A stretch of 24,251 nucleotides of DNA from a virus. Lineage: Duplodnaviria; Caudoviricetes. Position numbers and translations under genes: made by a program. The DNA lies in IMG/VR virus record IMGVR_UViG_3300027362_000069, positions 1 to 24,251 of that record. One strand, 5' to 3'. Within the stretch, counting starts at the first letter, position 1. The number at the start of each line of letters is the position of its first letter. This document shows, in pieces, positions 8,166 through 16,190 of this stretch. The notes under the pieces were generated by a model. That model was not told where the DNA came from, did not search any database, and saw only the letters and a program-made list of their open reading frames with translations.

Positions 8166-9985
8166 TGGCGATCGTCCTGACCGTGGGCGGCGCCACGCAA
8201 CTTCCTGTGGTGGGGTCGCTGCGGATTGCGAAAGTCGCGAACGGGCGTGGGACGGCGTCGTTCAAGTTGAAGTCGCTCGCCGGCACCTACCGGCCGGCCT
8301 TGGATGCAGAGGTCATCATCACGGAGAACGCCACGCGCATCTTCGGCGGCCTCCTAGACCGACCCAGGGAACGGGGCATCGTGGACGGGTCGAGCGTCGG
8401 CATCATGACCACGATGGATGCCGTGGACTTCAACGCCTACACCGAGCGGGTCCATGTCAACGAGACGATCCCAGCCAGCACGCTCGAGGATGCGCTGACG
8501 ATCATCGTCGCCAACTACCTGACTGACTACGGCGTGACGCTGGACGCGGGACAGGTGACGGGGCCCTCGCTGCCGGAGCTCGCCTATGCCTACGTGAAAG
8601 TCTCCGAAGTGCTGAACCAGTTGGCGACGCTGACGGGCGAGGTCGGGGAGCCCTACGTGTGGCGCATCGACGACTTCAAAGTCCTCCGAATGTATCAGCC
8701 GAGCACGACGCCGGCCTCGTTTGACCTCGTGGGCGAAGCGATCCCGGAAGTTCTGGGCGACCTTGAAGTCGAGTCGACGCGCGGCACCGCGTATGGCAAC
8801 CGGGTCATCGTGCGGATGCCGCCCAACACGGAGATGAACCGCACGGAGACGTTTACCGGCGACAACACGACGACCGTCTTTCAGCTCCAATACACGCCGT
8901 TCGCGACGCGGGGCTATGTCATGACGGACTTTGCCCTCAACTGGATGGAAACCCTGAGCGCCCCTGGGGGCGGCGGGACGTGGGAACTCGACCCGGTCGC
9001 CAATACGCTCGAGCGCGTCACGGGAGCGCCGTCGACGGGGGCGGATATTCGGTTCACGTTCGATGGGACGTTCTCCGGCTTAGGGATCGCGGAGGACGCG
9101 GGGGAGATCGCCAGCTTCGGTCTGTGGGAGCGCGTCTTTACGCTCGAGGCCATCCCGTCGAATACGACCGCGCAGGCCCTCGCGGATGCCTACCTCGCGC
9201 AGTCGTTGCCGGTCACGAAGACCATCAAGTATCGGACCCTCGAGCTCGGGCTAACACCAGGGCAGAGCCAAACGGTCACCATTGCGCGTCGCGATCTCAG
9301 CGGGACGGCAGTTGTGACGGATGTCAACATCAGCGACCTTGTGATCCAGAAGGTCAACGTCCTGGTCCGCGACGTCACGGCTGTGGTCGATGCCGCCCAG
9401 ACCAATCTCGGCCGAGGCTGGCGGGACGTCTATCGGCTGTGGGCCGGCGACAAGACGGGTTCGAGCGCCGTCGCGGCCGGGACGACGGTCGGCCCCGGCG
9501 TCCCGCCTGGTCCGGGTAGTGGCGTCACCGACAGTTACGTCATCAAGACCGCCGACGAGACGGTCACGGCGAGCGCCGCGCTCCAGGACGACGACCATCT
9601 CGCGTGCCCCCTGGAGGCGAGCGCTGTCTACCTGATTGAGTTGGTGTTTTTGTTCGACTCGGCGAATACCACGCACGATATGAAGATCGGCTGGACCTAC
9701 CCGACCGGGACTACGATGCTCTGGGCCCCCCAGGCGCGCGGGGCGGAGAACTACTGGATCCCCCTCGGCGCGGCCAACTTTCAGACCGCGCTCCTGACCG
9801 AGACCACCGTCTTAGATATGGGCACCTCCGGGGTCGCCGGCATCTGGGGCGCGTGGTTCATGGGGATCGTGTCGGTGAGCACCACGGCTGGGACGTTGCA
9901 GTTCCAATGGGCGCAGAATACGTCGGACGCCGGGGCGTTGGTCGTGAAGCGCAACTCTTTTCTGCGGTATCGGCGATTGATCTAG
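8165..9985 (+). CDS. Tail tip / hub protein with C-terminal fibre-like beta-sandwich domain, 606 aa
   Basis: TGATG overlap with the TMP stop. Hub-like pattern (RIFGGLLD, YVWRIDDFKVLRMY, YGNRVIV, TAQALADAYLA, GLTPGQSQTV), Pro/Gly linker, then KTADETVT..LQDDDHL...GTLQFQWAQ. The ORF-track start at 7703 is a spurious extension. Confidence 0.75.
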   Translation: MAIVLTVGGATQLPVVGSLRIAKVANGRGTASFKLKSLAGTYRPALDAEVIITENATRIFGGLLDRPRERGIVDGSSVGIMTTMDAVDFNAYTERVHVNETIPASTLEDALTIIVANYLTDYGVTLDAGQVTGPSLPELAYAYVKVSEVLNQLATLTGEVGEPYVWRIDDFKVLRMYQPSTTPASFDLVGEAIPEVLGDLEVESTRGTAYGNRVIVRMPPNTEMNRTETFTGDNTTTVFQLQYTPFATRGYVMTDFALNWMETLSAPGGGGTWELDPVANTLERVTGAPSTGADIRFTFDGTFSGLGIAEDAGEIASFGLWERVFTLEAIPSNTTAQALADAYLAQSLPVTKTIKYRTLELGLTPGQSQTVTIARRDLSGTAVVTDVNISDLVIQKVNVLVRDVTAVVDAAQTNLGRGWRDVYRLWAGDKTGSSAVAAGTTVGPGVPPGPGSGVTDSYVIKTADETVTASAALQDDDHLACPLEASAVYLIELVFLFDSANTTHDMKIGWTYPTGTTMLWAPQARGAENYWIPLGAANFQTALLTETTVLDMGTSGVAGIWGAWFMGIVSVSTTAGTLQFQWAQNTSDAGALVVKRNSFLRYRRLI

Positions 9986-10056
9986 CTTCGCTATCGGAGG
10001 ACGGCGAGGCGTTGGAGCGTTCATCATGGCTGCGAGTTTCCCTGGGTCGTTGGCAT

Positions 10057-10362
10057 ATGACCACGCTCGACATCGACAAGCGCAACGGCCATGAAGCCAA
10101 AGACTGGGCCTCGCTCCGGGAATGGACCCGGGCCATCGGCATCATGGGCGTCGGGTCCGTCATTGCCTTGTATCTCGTCTATGTCGGGGCCAACGAGATC
10201 CCCAAGCTGCTCCAGAATCAACGCGACCAGTTGGCGAAACAGGACCAGATCCTCGCCAATCAGCACACGATCATGGGCCAGAATGCGACCATCATTCGGA
10301 GCGTGAAGCGCGCGTGTGAGAACGCGGCGAAGGACACGTATGCCAGAGACCGTTGCGACTGA
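10057..10362 (+). CDS. Single-TM membrane protein with Gln-rich coiled coil (holin/spanin-like), about 101 aa
   Basis: TM segment AIGIMGVGSVIALYLVYVGA; C-terminal Cys pair; lies upstream of the endolysin. An in-frame TTG at 10012 is an alternative start. Confidence 0.6.
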   Translation: MTTLDIDKRNGHEAKDWASLREWTRAIGIMGVGSVIALYLVYVGANEIPKLLQNQRDQLAKQDQILANQHTIMGQNATIIRSVKRACENAAKDTYARDRCD

Positions 10363-10735
10363 GCGGCAAGTGCGAATCATTATTGCGGTGGTCGGCCTGA
10401 TGGTGGCCTTCGTGCTGGTCGTGGGCGCGGTGGTCGTGCTGCGGGTGCGCGTGACGTATGACCTGCAGTCGCAGTTCAATCAGCATCGGATCGAGCACGA
10501 ACAGCTGACCACTCAGAGCGCGGTGCAGAATCGGGACGTGATCGCTCGGGTCGATAGTCTGGAGCGGGTGCTCTTTGGGGATGTCGTCACCAAGCTCATG
10601 GAGCAGGAAGCCAAGACGAAGCCGATCGCGCCGCCCGTGCGGTTACAGCAGTGGATGGTCAACCGGGACAAGGACATGCGTGAACGGTTGGAACGCATCG
10701 AGCGGCGACTACTCCAGATTGAGAGCGGGAAATGA
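10340..10735 (+). CDS. N-terminal TM plus coiled-coil protein (Rz/i-spanin-like or holin-associated), 131 aa
   Basis: IIIAVVGLMVAFVLVVGAVVVL followed by heptad-rich sequence; SD AAGGA; ATGA-coupled to the endolysin. Confidence 0.65.
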   Translation: MPETVATERQVRIIIAVVGLMVAFVLVVGAVVVLRVRVTYDLQSQFNQHRIEHEQLTTQSAVQNRDVIARVDSLERVLFGDVVTKLMEQEAKTKPIAPPVRLQQWMVNRDKDMRERLERIERRLLQIESGK

Positions 10736-11175
10736 CCGACGACGAGATCATCGACGGGATTCTCGTGCACGAGGGCGGGTATGTGAATCACCCGGCCGAT
10801 CGGGGCGGGCCGACGAACTACGGGATCACGCAAACGACGCTCGCGCGCTGGCGGAATGGCCCCGTCTCGGTCGAGGACGTCCAGGCGCTCACGGTCGAGG
10901 AGGCGCGGACGATTTACCGGGCGCTCTACGTGACGCCGTTTCTCGGGGTGGCCCAGGACATCAAGCCGCACGTCGTCGACATTGCCGTCCACAGCGGACC
11001 CGGACGGGCGCGGCAACTCCTCGCGCTGGCCGAGCGCCCCCGGCCGGGGCCCTCGCTCGGGTCGCGGCTGGTGCTCGAGCGGTTGGAATTCTTCGCCGAC
11101 CTCGTCAAGAAGGACCCGACGCAAGCCGTGTTCCTCAAGGGGTGGATCCGTCGGGCGTGTTCGTTTCTGGCGTGA
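10732..11175 (+). CDS. Endolysin, glycoside hydrolase family 108 with C-terminal PG_binding_3-like helix
   Basis: Signature HEGGYVNHPADRGGPTNYGIT, DIAVHSGPGRA, FLKGWIRR. Confidence 0.92.
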   Translation: MTDDEIIDGILVHEGGYVNHPADRGGPTNYGITQTTLARWRNGPVSVEDVQALTVEEARTIYRALYVTPFLGVAQDIKPHVVDIAVHSGPGRARQLLALAERPRPGPSLGSRLVLERLEFFADLVKKDPTQAVFLKGWIRRACSFLA

Positions 11176-11182
11176 GGGACCG

Positions 11183-13342
11183 ATGAGCTGGTGGTATCCC
11201 CGCTTCAACAAGACTGGCAGTCTCGCCTCGGGCAACGGCGAGATCTGGTTCAACGGGGTCAACCCGGGCCATCAACTCGTGCCCGGGCACTCCCCGCAGT
11301 GGTTCGGCGATCCCGAGGACAAGCTGGCGCTCGTCGGCGCCGACACCCTCCAACTGGTCGACATGCTCACGGGCGCCGTCGTCCAGTCCTGGCCGCTGGC
11401 CTTCAATCCCAGGGTAGGGAATACCTCCGGCATCGCCGCCGGCGCGGGTCACTGGTGCGGCTGGAACGTCGCGCAGGGCCTGATCTATGACGGGGTGAGT
11501 GTCGACCCCGCGGCGGCGCCTGGGGCCGTCGATCAACGCACGGGCGCGCTGTACTACCTCACGCCCTACCAGGCGAACCAGAAGCGGGTGGTCCTCGACG
11601 GGACCGTGGTCCGCGAGGGCGTAGTCGCCACCGAGATCATGGCCGGCGAGGCGTGCGCGACCTGGGGCGAGTATGAGCCCAACCGGACCCTCTACGGGTG
11701 GGCGCCGGAGACCGGGGCCGCGCGGCTGTCCCCGCTCCCGTCGACGGAGCTCACCTTTACGGGCGTGCCGGTGCGGACGCCGACGGGCCTCTGGCTGGTG
11801 ACCCTGACGCACAAGGGCCTCATCGTCTATCCGTGGGGCGGCGCCGAGGGCTACATCCTCGAAGGCGTCTATTACTACCACCACGCGATCTTTCTGAACG
11901 GCCTGATCGAGATTGCCGCGACGAACGACCAGGGCGCCCTGGTCCGGACGAGCGTCTCGCTCAACGCCCCCCGGGTGGATCTGCGGACCTATCGGCCGAC
12001 GACGGGCTCGGCGGTGCCAGTCGGCCCCATCACGCCGATCAACCGGAAGCTGTTCCTGATGTTCTACACCGGCGCCCCTGGGGCCTCCGGGGGATGGGAC
12101 ACGAACGACGACCCGCCAGGGACGAGCCCCACGCCGGGCAACGGGCGCCTCGACGTGCCCTCCGCGACGCTCGTCGACGAGACCGGGACAGCGGTCGCCG
12201 TCATGGTCACCGGGGGATCGGTCGAGGAGATCGAGCAGAAGGCCGCCGCGAGCCCGCTGACGCCCTTCTGCTATTGGGACGCCCGCCGCTGGCCACGGCT
12301 GCCGAACCTGCCGCCTGGGGCCTGGTTGGCCGTCCAGGGCTACCGCGGCGCGACGGAATCGCTCGACGCCTTCGAGGCGGACATGCGCGCCATTCTCGCG
12401 CAGCACATCGCCGAGCGGCCGCAGTTGAAGCACGCGCCCGTTCCGCAATGCTACGACTCGAACGTCGGGAACACGACCGACCTCGGGAACATCGTCTCGG
12501 TCTTCTCGCGCATCGCGGCTGAGACCCCGGAGGTCTATGCCCTCGTGCCGTTCTCCGGCAGCGGCCGGAAGACGGGCTTACAGGACCATCCCGACGTGCG
12601 GCCCTATTGGCAATCGCTCGCCGACTCCATCACGGGGCGGCCGGATTCGGAGGTTCCGATGGAAGACTTTCCGCGTGAGGCCTGGACCGTCGTCGAGGAG
12701 ATGCACGCGAAGTTCTCGCAGCGGTGCATCGACGACCATCCCTCGGACATGGAAACAGCCGCGCGGGCGTGGACGGAGATGACGATCCAGCAGCTCGTCT
12801 ACTCGTACCCCCACGGGGGATGGATCTGGAAGTCGGGCGACCCGAACCGCCCGCCTTCGAAGGACCTCTCCGCCCGTCAGCTCGCCGGCCGGTTCGAGGG
12901 GTGGGACATGCTCAAAGCGGCCAGCATCAACGGCCCCAGGGATCTCGCGGACTATCCGCCTGCGTGGCACGACCTCGCCGGGCAGCATCCGATCCCCGTG
13001 GCGGGCGTCAACTGGCTGAAGACCGAGCCCGAACCCGGGACGATCGAGGTCCGCTTTCAGGACTACCAGACGACGGTGCGGCGGTCTGACCCGAAGGGCC
13101 TCACGCTCTATTGGGACATCGACTCGACGCACCCGGTCGAGGGCTTCGAGATCACCCTCGTCGGGGCGCCGGAGGTCTTCCGGATGACCGTCCAGCCCCC
13201 GTTTCCCCCTGACGGGCGGTACTTCCGGGGGCTGGCGTGGAAACCGACCATGAATGGAACGTTTACGCCGCGGCTCCTGGTCAGGGATACCAAGGGGAAC
13301 GAGGCGACGGTCGAGGGCGTGCCGGTAACGGTCATTCCGTGA
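11183..13342 (+). CDS. Large multidomain hypothetical protein, 719 aa (beta-propeller-like N-term, alpha/beta middle, unknown domain, Ig/PKD-like C-term)
   Basis: SD GAGGG before ATG 11183; strong GC3 codon bias; Pro/Thr linkers (RPTTGSAVPVGP, TEPEPG). The ORF-track start at 10982 overlaps the endolysin and is rejected. Confidence 0.85.
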   Translation: MSWWYPRFNKTGSLASGNGEIWFNGVNPGHQLVPGHSPQWFGDPEDKLALVGADTLQLVDMLTGAVVQSWPLAFNPRVGNTSGIAAGAGHWCGWNVAQGLIYDGVSVDPAAAPGAVDQRTGALYYLTPYQANQKRVVLDGTVVREGVVATEIMAGEACATWGEYEPNRTLYGWAPETGAARLSPLPSTELTFTGVPVRTPTGLWLVTLTHKGLIVYPWGGAEGYILEGVYYYHHAIFLNGLIEIAATNDQGALVRTSVSLNAPRVDLRTYRPTTGSAVPVGPITPINRKLFLMFYTGAPGASGGWDTNDDPPGTSPTPGNGRLDVPSATLVDETGTAVAVMVTGGSVEEIEQKAAASPLTPFCYWDARRWPRLPNLPPGAWLAVQGYRGATESLDAFEADMRAILAQHIAERPQLKHAPVPQCYDSNVGNTTDLGNIVSVFSRIAAETPEVYALVPFSGSGRKTGLQDHPDVRPYWQSLADSITGRPDSEVPMEDFPREAWTVVEEMHAKFSQRCIDDHPSDMETAARAWTEMTIQQLVYSYPHGGWIWKSGDPNRPPSKDLSARQLAGRFEGWDMLKAASINGPRDLADYPPAWHDLAGQHPIPVAGVNWLKTEPEPGTIEVRFQDYQTTVRRSDPKGLTLYWDIDSTHPVEGFEITLVGAPEVFRMTVQPPFPPDGRYFRGLAWKPTMNGTFTPRLLVRDTKGNEATVEGVPVTVIP

Positions 13343-13366
13343 GACAAATTGGAGGGACGAGTGGCG

Positions 13367-13645
13367 ATGGTGCAATGGGTGGTCGCGCGGATTCAGTCGG
13401 AGCCGAACACGCTCTCAGAGCTCGTCCGGCAGTTTATGTATCTGCTCCTCGGGTTCGAGATCATCCGCTGGACCGATGCTCAGCAGGGGCTCGTCCTGGC
13501 GTTCGTCTCGGGGCTCTTGACGTTCCTCGTCCGGGGGCGGGTCGTGCCGATGGCGACGATCGAGCAGGCGGGCGGGTTGTCGGTGCAGCAGATCAAGGCG
13601 GACGCGGCGACGAACGTGGCGACGGCGAAGGCGCTCGAGGGATGA
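13367..13645 (+). CDS. Holin-like two-TM membrane protein, about 92 aa
   Basis: EP...LLLGFEII.WTDAQQGLVLAFVSGLLTFLVRGRVVP resembles small phage holins; SD GGAGGGA at 13351 (GTG 13361 is an alternative start). Confidence 0.65.
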   Translation: MVQWVVARIQSEPNTLSELVRQFMYLLLGFEIIRWTDAQQGLVLAFVSGLLTFLVRGRVVPMATIEQAGGLSVQQIKADAATNVATAKALEG

Positions 13646-13755
13646 CCCCGGACTGCCCGAAGTGCACGGCGCCGGCGAAGCACGTCGAGCCGGTCGGGCG
13701 CGGCACGTCGTGGTGGTTTTGTCGGGTGTGCAGTCAGACGTTTCGGCAAGTCTGA
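13642..13755 (+). CDS. 37-aa zinc-ribbon peptide
   Basis: MTPDCPKC...WWFCRVCSQTF (CxxC...CxxC); ATGA overlap. Confidence 0.7.
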   Translation: MTPDCPKCTAPAKHVEPVGRGTSWWFCRVCSQTFRQV

Positions 13756-13756
13756 T

Positions 13757-13824
13757 CCGGCCGACGGGGACCCGGCTGGGAACACCGATCGCCTCCGGTC
13801 GGTGAGTGGGGTCCAGTCGGCCGG
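13757..13824 (+). other. Intergenic nested stem-loop
   Basis: CCGGCCGAC 13757-65 pairs with GTCGGCCGG 13816-24; GGACCC 13768-73 with GGGTCC 13809-14; CACCGATCG 13783-91 with CGGTCGGTG 13796-804 (one G-U); 4-nt loop. Confidence 0.7.
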
Positions 13825-13848
13825 GCAGTCCTAGAAAGGCTAAAGCAT

Positions 13849-15291
13849 ATGGCGTTCCTGAATCAAGGCGACGACCTGCAGGCGGCGATAGATGCGGCGC
13901 AGCCCGGGGACGCGCTGATCCTCGCGGCGCGCGCGACCTTCACCGGCAACTTTCAGCTCCCCCCGAAACCGGCCGGGCCGCCTATCACGATCACGACCGA
14001 CGCCGTCCTCCCCGAGCGGCGGGTGACGCCGGCGGACGATCCGATCCTGCCCACGATCCGCTCGGGCAATGGGGACTCCGCTCTCCGGGGAGCGCCAGGC
14101 GTGGCGAACTGGCTCATCGACGGGGTGCAGTTCGGGTCGAATACCGGCGGGCACGGGGAGGTCATTGGCCTCGACGGGTCGGACGCGGTCACGCTCGACC
14201 GGATCCTGATCGTCGCGGGGCAGGCGGGGCAGAAGCGGGGCATCCAGGGGAACGGGACGCGGATCACGCTCCGACGGTCGCATGTCGCGAATATCTGCCG
14301 ACCCGGGCAGGAGTCGCAAGCCTTCGCGGCCTGGGATGGCGCCGGGCCCTACACCGTCGTCGACAACTACCTCGAGGCGGCGAGCATCAATGTCCTGTTT
14401 GGCGGGGCGAATAGCCTCTCGGCCGATCGGATCCCGGCGGACATTCTGGTCGAGCGGAATCATTGCAGCAAGCGGCTCGAGTGGCGCGGGGCCGGGGTGG
14501 CGGTGAAGAACCTCTTCGAGCTCAAGTCGGCGAAACGGGCGACCATCCGGCACAACACCTTCGAGCACAACTGGAACGACGCGCAGGGGGGGACGGCGAT
14601 CGTCTTCACGTCGCGCAACGACGAAGGGGGATCGCCCTGGTCGGTCGTCGAAGATGTCCTCTTCGAGCACAACACGATCCGGGACACGATGGGGCTCTTT
14701 AACATCCTCGGGGTGGATAGCTATCAACCCTCCGGCCGGGCGACGCGGATCACCATCCGGCATAATCTCTGTCTCGGCTCCGGGCCCTTCGCCCTGGTCG
14801 GGGGGGAGGTCGGACACCTGACCTTCGATCACAACACCGTGGCCCAGGAGGGCAACGTCCTGACGCTCTACGCCGGCGAGGTCTGGCTGGCGGGGGAACT
14901 CGCGGCACGTCCGGCGGCGTATGCGGCGTCGTCCCTGACGGTGACGAACCTGCTCGCCTATCACAACGAGTTCGGGGTGAAGGCGGACGGGGGAGGGAGC
15001 GGGACGCCTGCGCTCGAGCAGATGGCGCCGGGCTACACCTGGACGCACAACGTCCTGGCCGGGGGCTACCCCTACCCCTATCCCGAGTACACCTGGCGGC
15101 CGCCGGTTGAGGAGCACGCGGCGCAGTTCACGCCCGACTATGGGCTGGTGCCGAACAGCGTCTATTGCGGGGCGGCGCTCGACCGTACGGACTTGGGGAA
15201 GGTGGACCAGTCGACCGAGGCCCTCCCAGTCACGGTCGAGTGGCAGGGACGGACCTATCGGGGCGTGCTGACGGCCGACGCGGTGCGGTAA
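13849..15291 (+). CDS. Right-handed parallel beta-helix (pectin lyase-like) protein, putative polysaccharide depolymerase/binding protein, 480 aa
   Basis: DDLQAAIDAAQPGDALIL N-cap; repeated Asn-ladder coils (VVDNYLE, LVERNHC, TIRHNTFEHN, LFEHNTIRD, TIRHNLC, TFDHNTV). SD AGAAAGG. Confidence 0.88.
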   Translation: MAFLNQGDDLQAAIDAAQPGDALILAARATFTGNFQLPPKPAGPPITITTDAVLPERRVTPADDPILPTIRSGNGDSALRGAPGVANWLIDGVQFGSNTGGHGEVIGLDGSDAVTLDRILIVAGQAGQKRGIQGNGTRITLRRSHVANICRPGQESQAFAAWDGAGPYTVVDNYLEAASINVLFGGANSLSADRIPADILVERNHCSKRLEWRGAGVAVKNLFELKSAKRATIRHNTFEHNWNDAQGGTAIVFTSRNDEGGSPWSVVEDVLFEHNTIRDTMGLFNILGVDSYQPSGRATRITIRHNLCLGSGPFALVGGEVGHLTFDHNTVAQEGNVLTLYAGEVWLAGELAARPAAYAASSLTVTNLLAYHNEFGVKADGGGSGTPALEQMAPGYTWTHNVLAGGYPYPYPEYTWRPPVEEHAAQFTPDYGLVPNSVYCGAALDRTDLGKVDQSTEALPVTVEWQGRTYRGVLTADAVR

Positions 15292-15315
15292 CGGTTGCTT
15301 CTGGAGGCTACAGAC

Positions 15316-15489
15316 ATGGATCTCATTCTGCTCGTCCTCGTCTTGTGCGTGATTGGCTTTGCGGTCTGGCTGCTGACGACGAAGATCCCGATGCCACCGC
15401 ATTGGGCGACGGTCATTCAAGTGATCGCGGTCTTACTCCTGCTCTTTTATCTGGTCCGGCGGGTGCTGCCGATCCCGAACATCCTGTAA
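15316..15489 (+). CDS. Small two-TM membrane protein (Thivi_2564-like), 57 aa
   Basis: MDLILLVLVLCVIGFAVWLLTTKIPMPP...IQVIAVLLLLFYLV; SD GGAGG at 15303-15307. Confidence 0.8.
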   Translation: MDLILLVLVLCVIGFAVWLLTTKIPMPPHWATVIQVIAVLLLLFYLVRRVLPIPNIL

Positions 15490-15619
15490 CCTTCTTCGGC
15501 CGGCCGCCCTTCTTCCCGTTCTCTCGGGCGGCAGCGGCTTTGGCTTCGCTGGTGCGGCCCTTGTTGGCAAGGCCCCCGCGGCGGCCGAGGGCGACGGCGT
15601 GCGGATCCTTGCGGGCCAT
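15413..15619 (-). CDS. Small basic putative DNA-binding protein (ALGRRGG...KAAAARENGKKGGRP motif)
   Basis: Recognisable basic motif; SD GAGG; start abuts the stop of the upstream leftward ORF. Confidence 0.75.
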   Translation of the reverse strand: MARKDPHAVALGRRGGLANKGRTSEAKAAAARENGKKGGRPKKVTGCSGSAAPAGPDKRAGVRPRSLE

Positions 15620-15838
15620 TTACTCGACCTCTGTATACAGAACCTGATAGACGGTGCGGATGTTGATCCGCGTGGCGAATGGTCGCCGTGCCATACAGCG
15701 CCGGATGATGTGTTGCATGGTCTTGGGATTATGTCCGCAAGTCATCTGGATCGTGTCTCCTGCGTCTACGCTGAAGTGTTCGCGCCACTGCTGGTTCAGT
15801 GGCAACTCGTGAACCGTTTTTCGTTTCGGGTTACTCAT
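15620..15838 (-). CDS. Hypothetical protein, 72 aa
   Basis: SD GGAGG; ATGA overlap with the upstream leftward ORF; lower GC. Confidence 0.7.
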   Translation of the reverse strand: MSNPKRKTVHELPLNQQWREHFSVDAGDTIQMTCGHNPKTMQHIIRRCMARRPFATRINIRTVYQVLYTEVE

Positions 15839-16032
15839 TTTGATCCTCCGGTTCCACGCACTCGGACAGCCTTAACTGGCGTCACGCGCTTCAGCCTGTT
15901 GTCTGTAGCAAGCGACTGACTGACCATGCGAACGATACGCAGTTGATTCTCGCGGCTATCAATAATGGGGTCGCCGTACTCGATCGGCGCAACTGATTCT
16001 ATTTCAACGGTGACGCGGTAGCGGTAAGCCAT
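15835..16032 (-). CDS. Hypothetical protein, 65 aa (MAYRYRVTVEIES...)
   Basis: SD AAGGA upstream of ATG 16032; first gene after the leftward promoter. Confidence 0.65.
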   Translation of the reverse strand: MAYRYRVTVEIESVAPIEYGDPIIDSRENQLRIVRMVSQSLATDNRLKRVTPVKAVRVRGTGGSK

Positions 16033-16079
16033 GTTCCAGTCCTTGTTCGCGGCCGGCGTCAGTGCCAACCAACAAAGAC

Positions 16080-16108
16080 AGTATACGAAAGCGCTTTGGG
16101 ATAGTCAA
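16080..16108 (-). promoter_or_regulatory. Leftward sigma70-type promoter with palindromic spacer
   Basis: Minus strand TTGACT (16108-16103), 17 bp, TATACT (16085-16080); spacer holds the palindrome AAAGCGCTTT (16088-16097). Confidence 0.8.
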
Positions 16109-16152
16109 ATAGAATCGGCAGGCTCCCCGTTACCTTTTGATATGAATAGGTA

Positions 16153-16190
16153 TTGACAACCGTCCCGGCCGGGCGTAGAGTTTCCGGGAC
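16153..16190 (+). promoter_or_regulatory. Rightward sigma70-type promoter with operator-like inverted repeats; near-leaderless
   Basis: TTGACA 16153-58, 17 bp, TAGAGT 16176-81; palindrome CCCGGCCGGG 16164-73; GTCCCGG 16162-68 / CCGGGAC 16184-90; ATG follows at 16191 with no clear SD. Confidence 0.8.

Noticed and set aside
8165-15291. Diversity-generating retroelement or invertible tail-fibre system
   Set aside because: No reverse transcriptase or invertase, and no TR/VR-like duplicated segment noticed by eye.
13840-15420. Long minus-strand ORFs (also 784-1818, 6039-7289, 11135-12448)
   Set aside because: Antisense shadows of high-GC3 genes with no motifs or SD, unlike the nested +1 ORFs in the MTase, which carry recognisable motifs.
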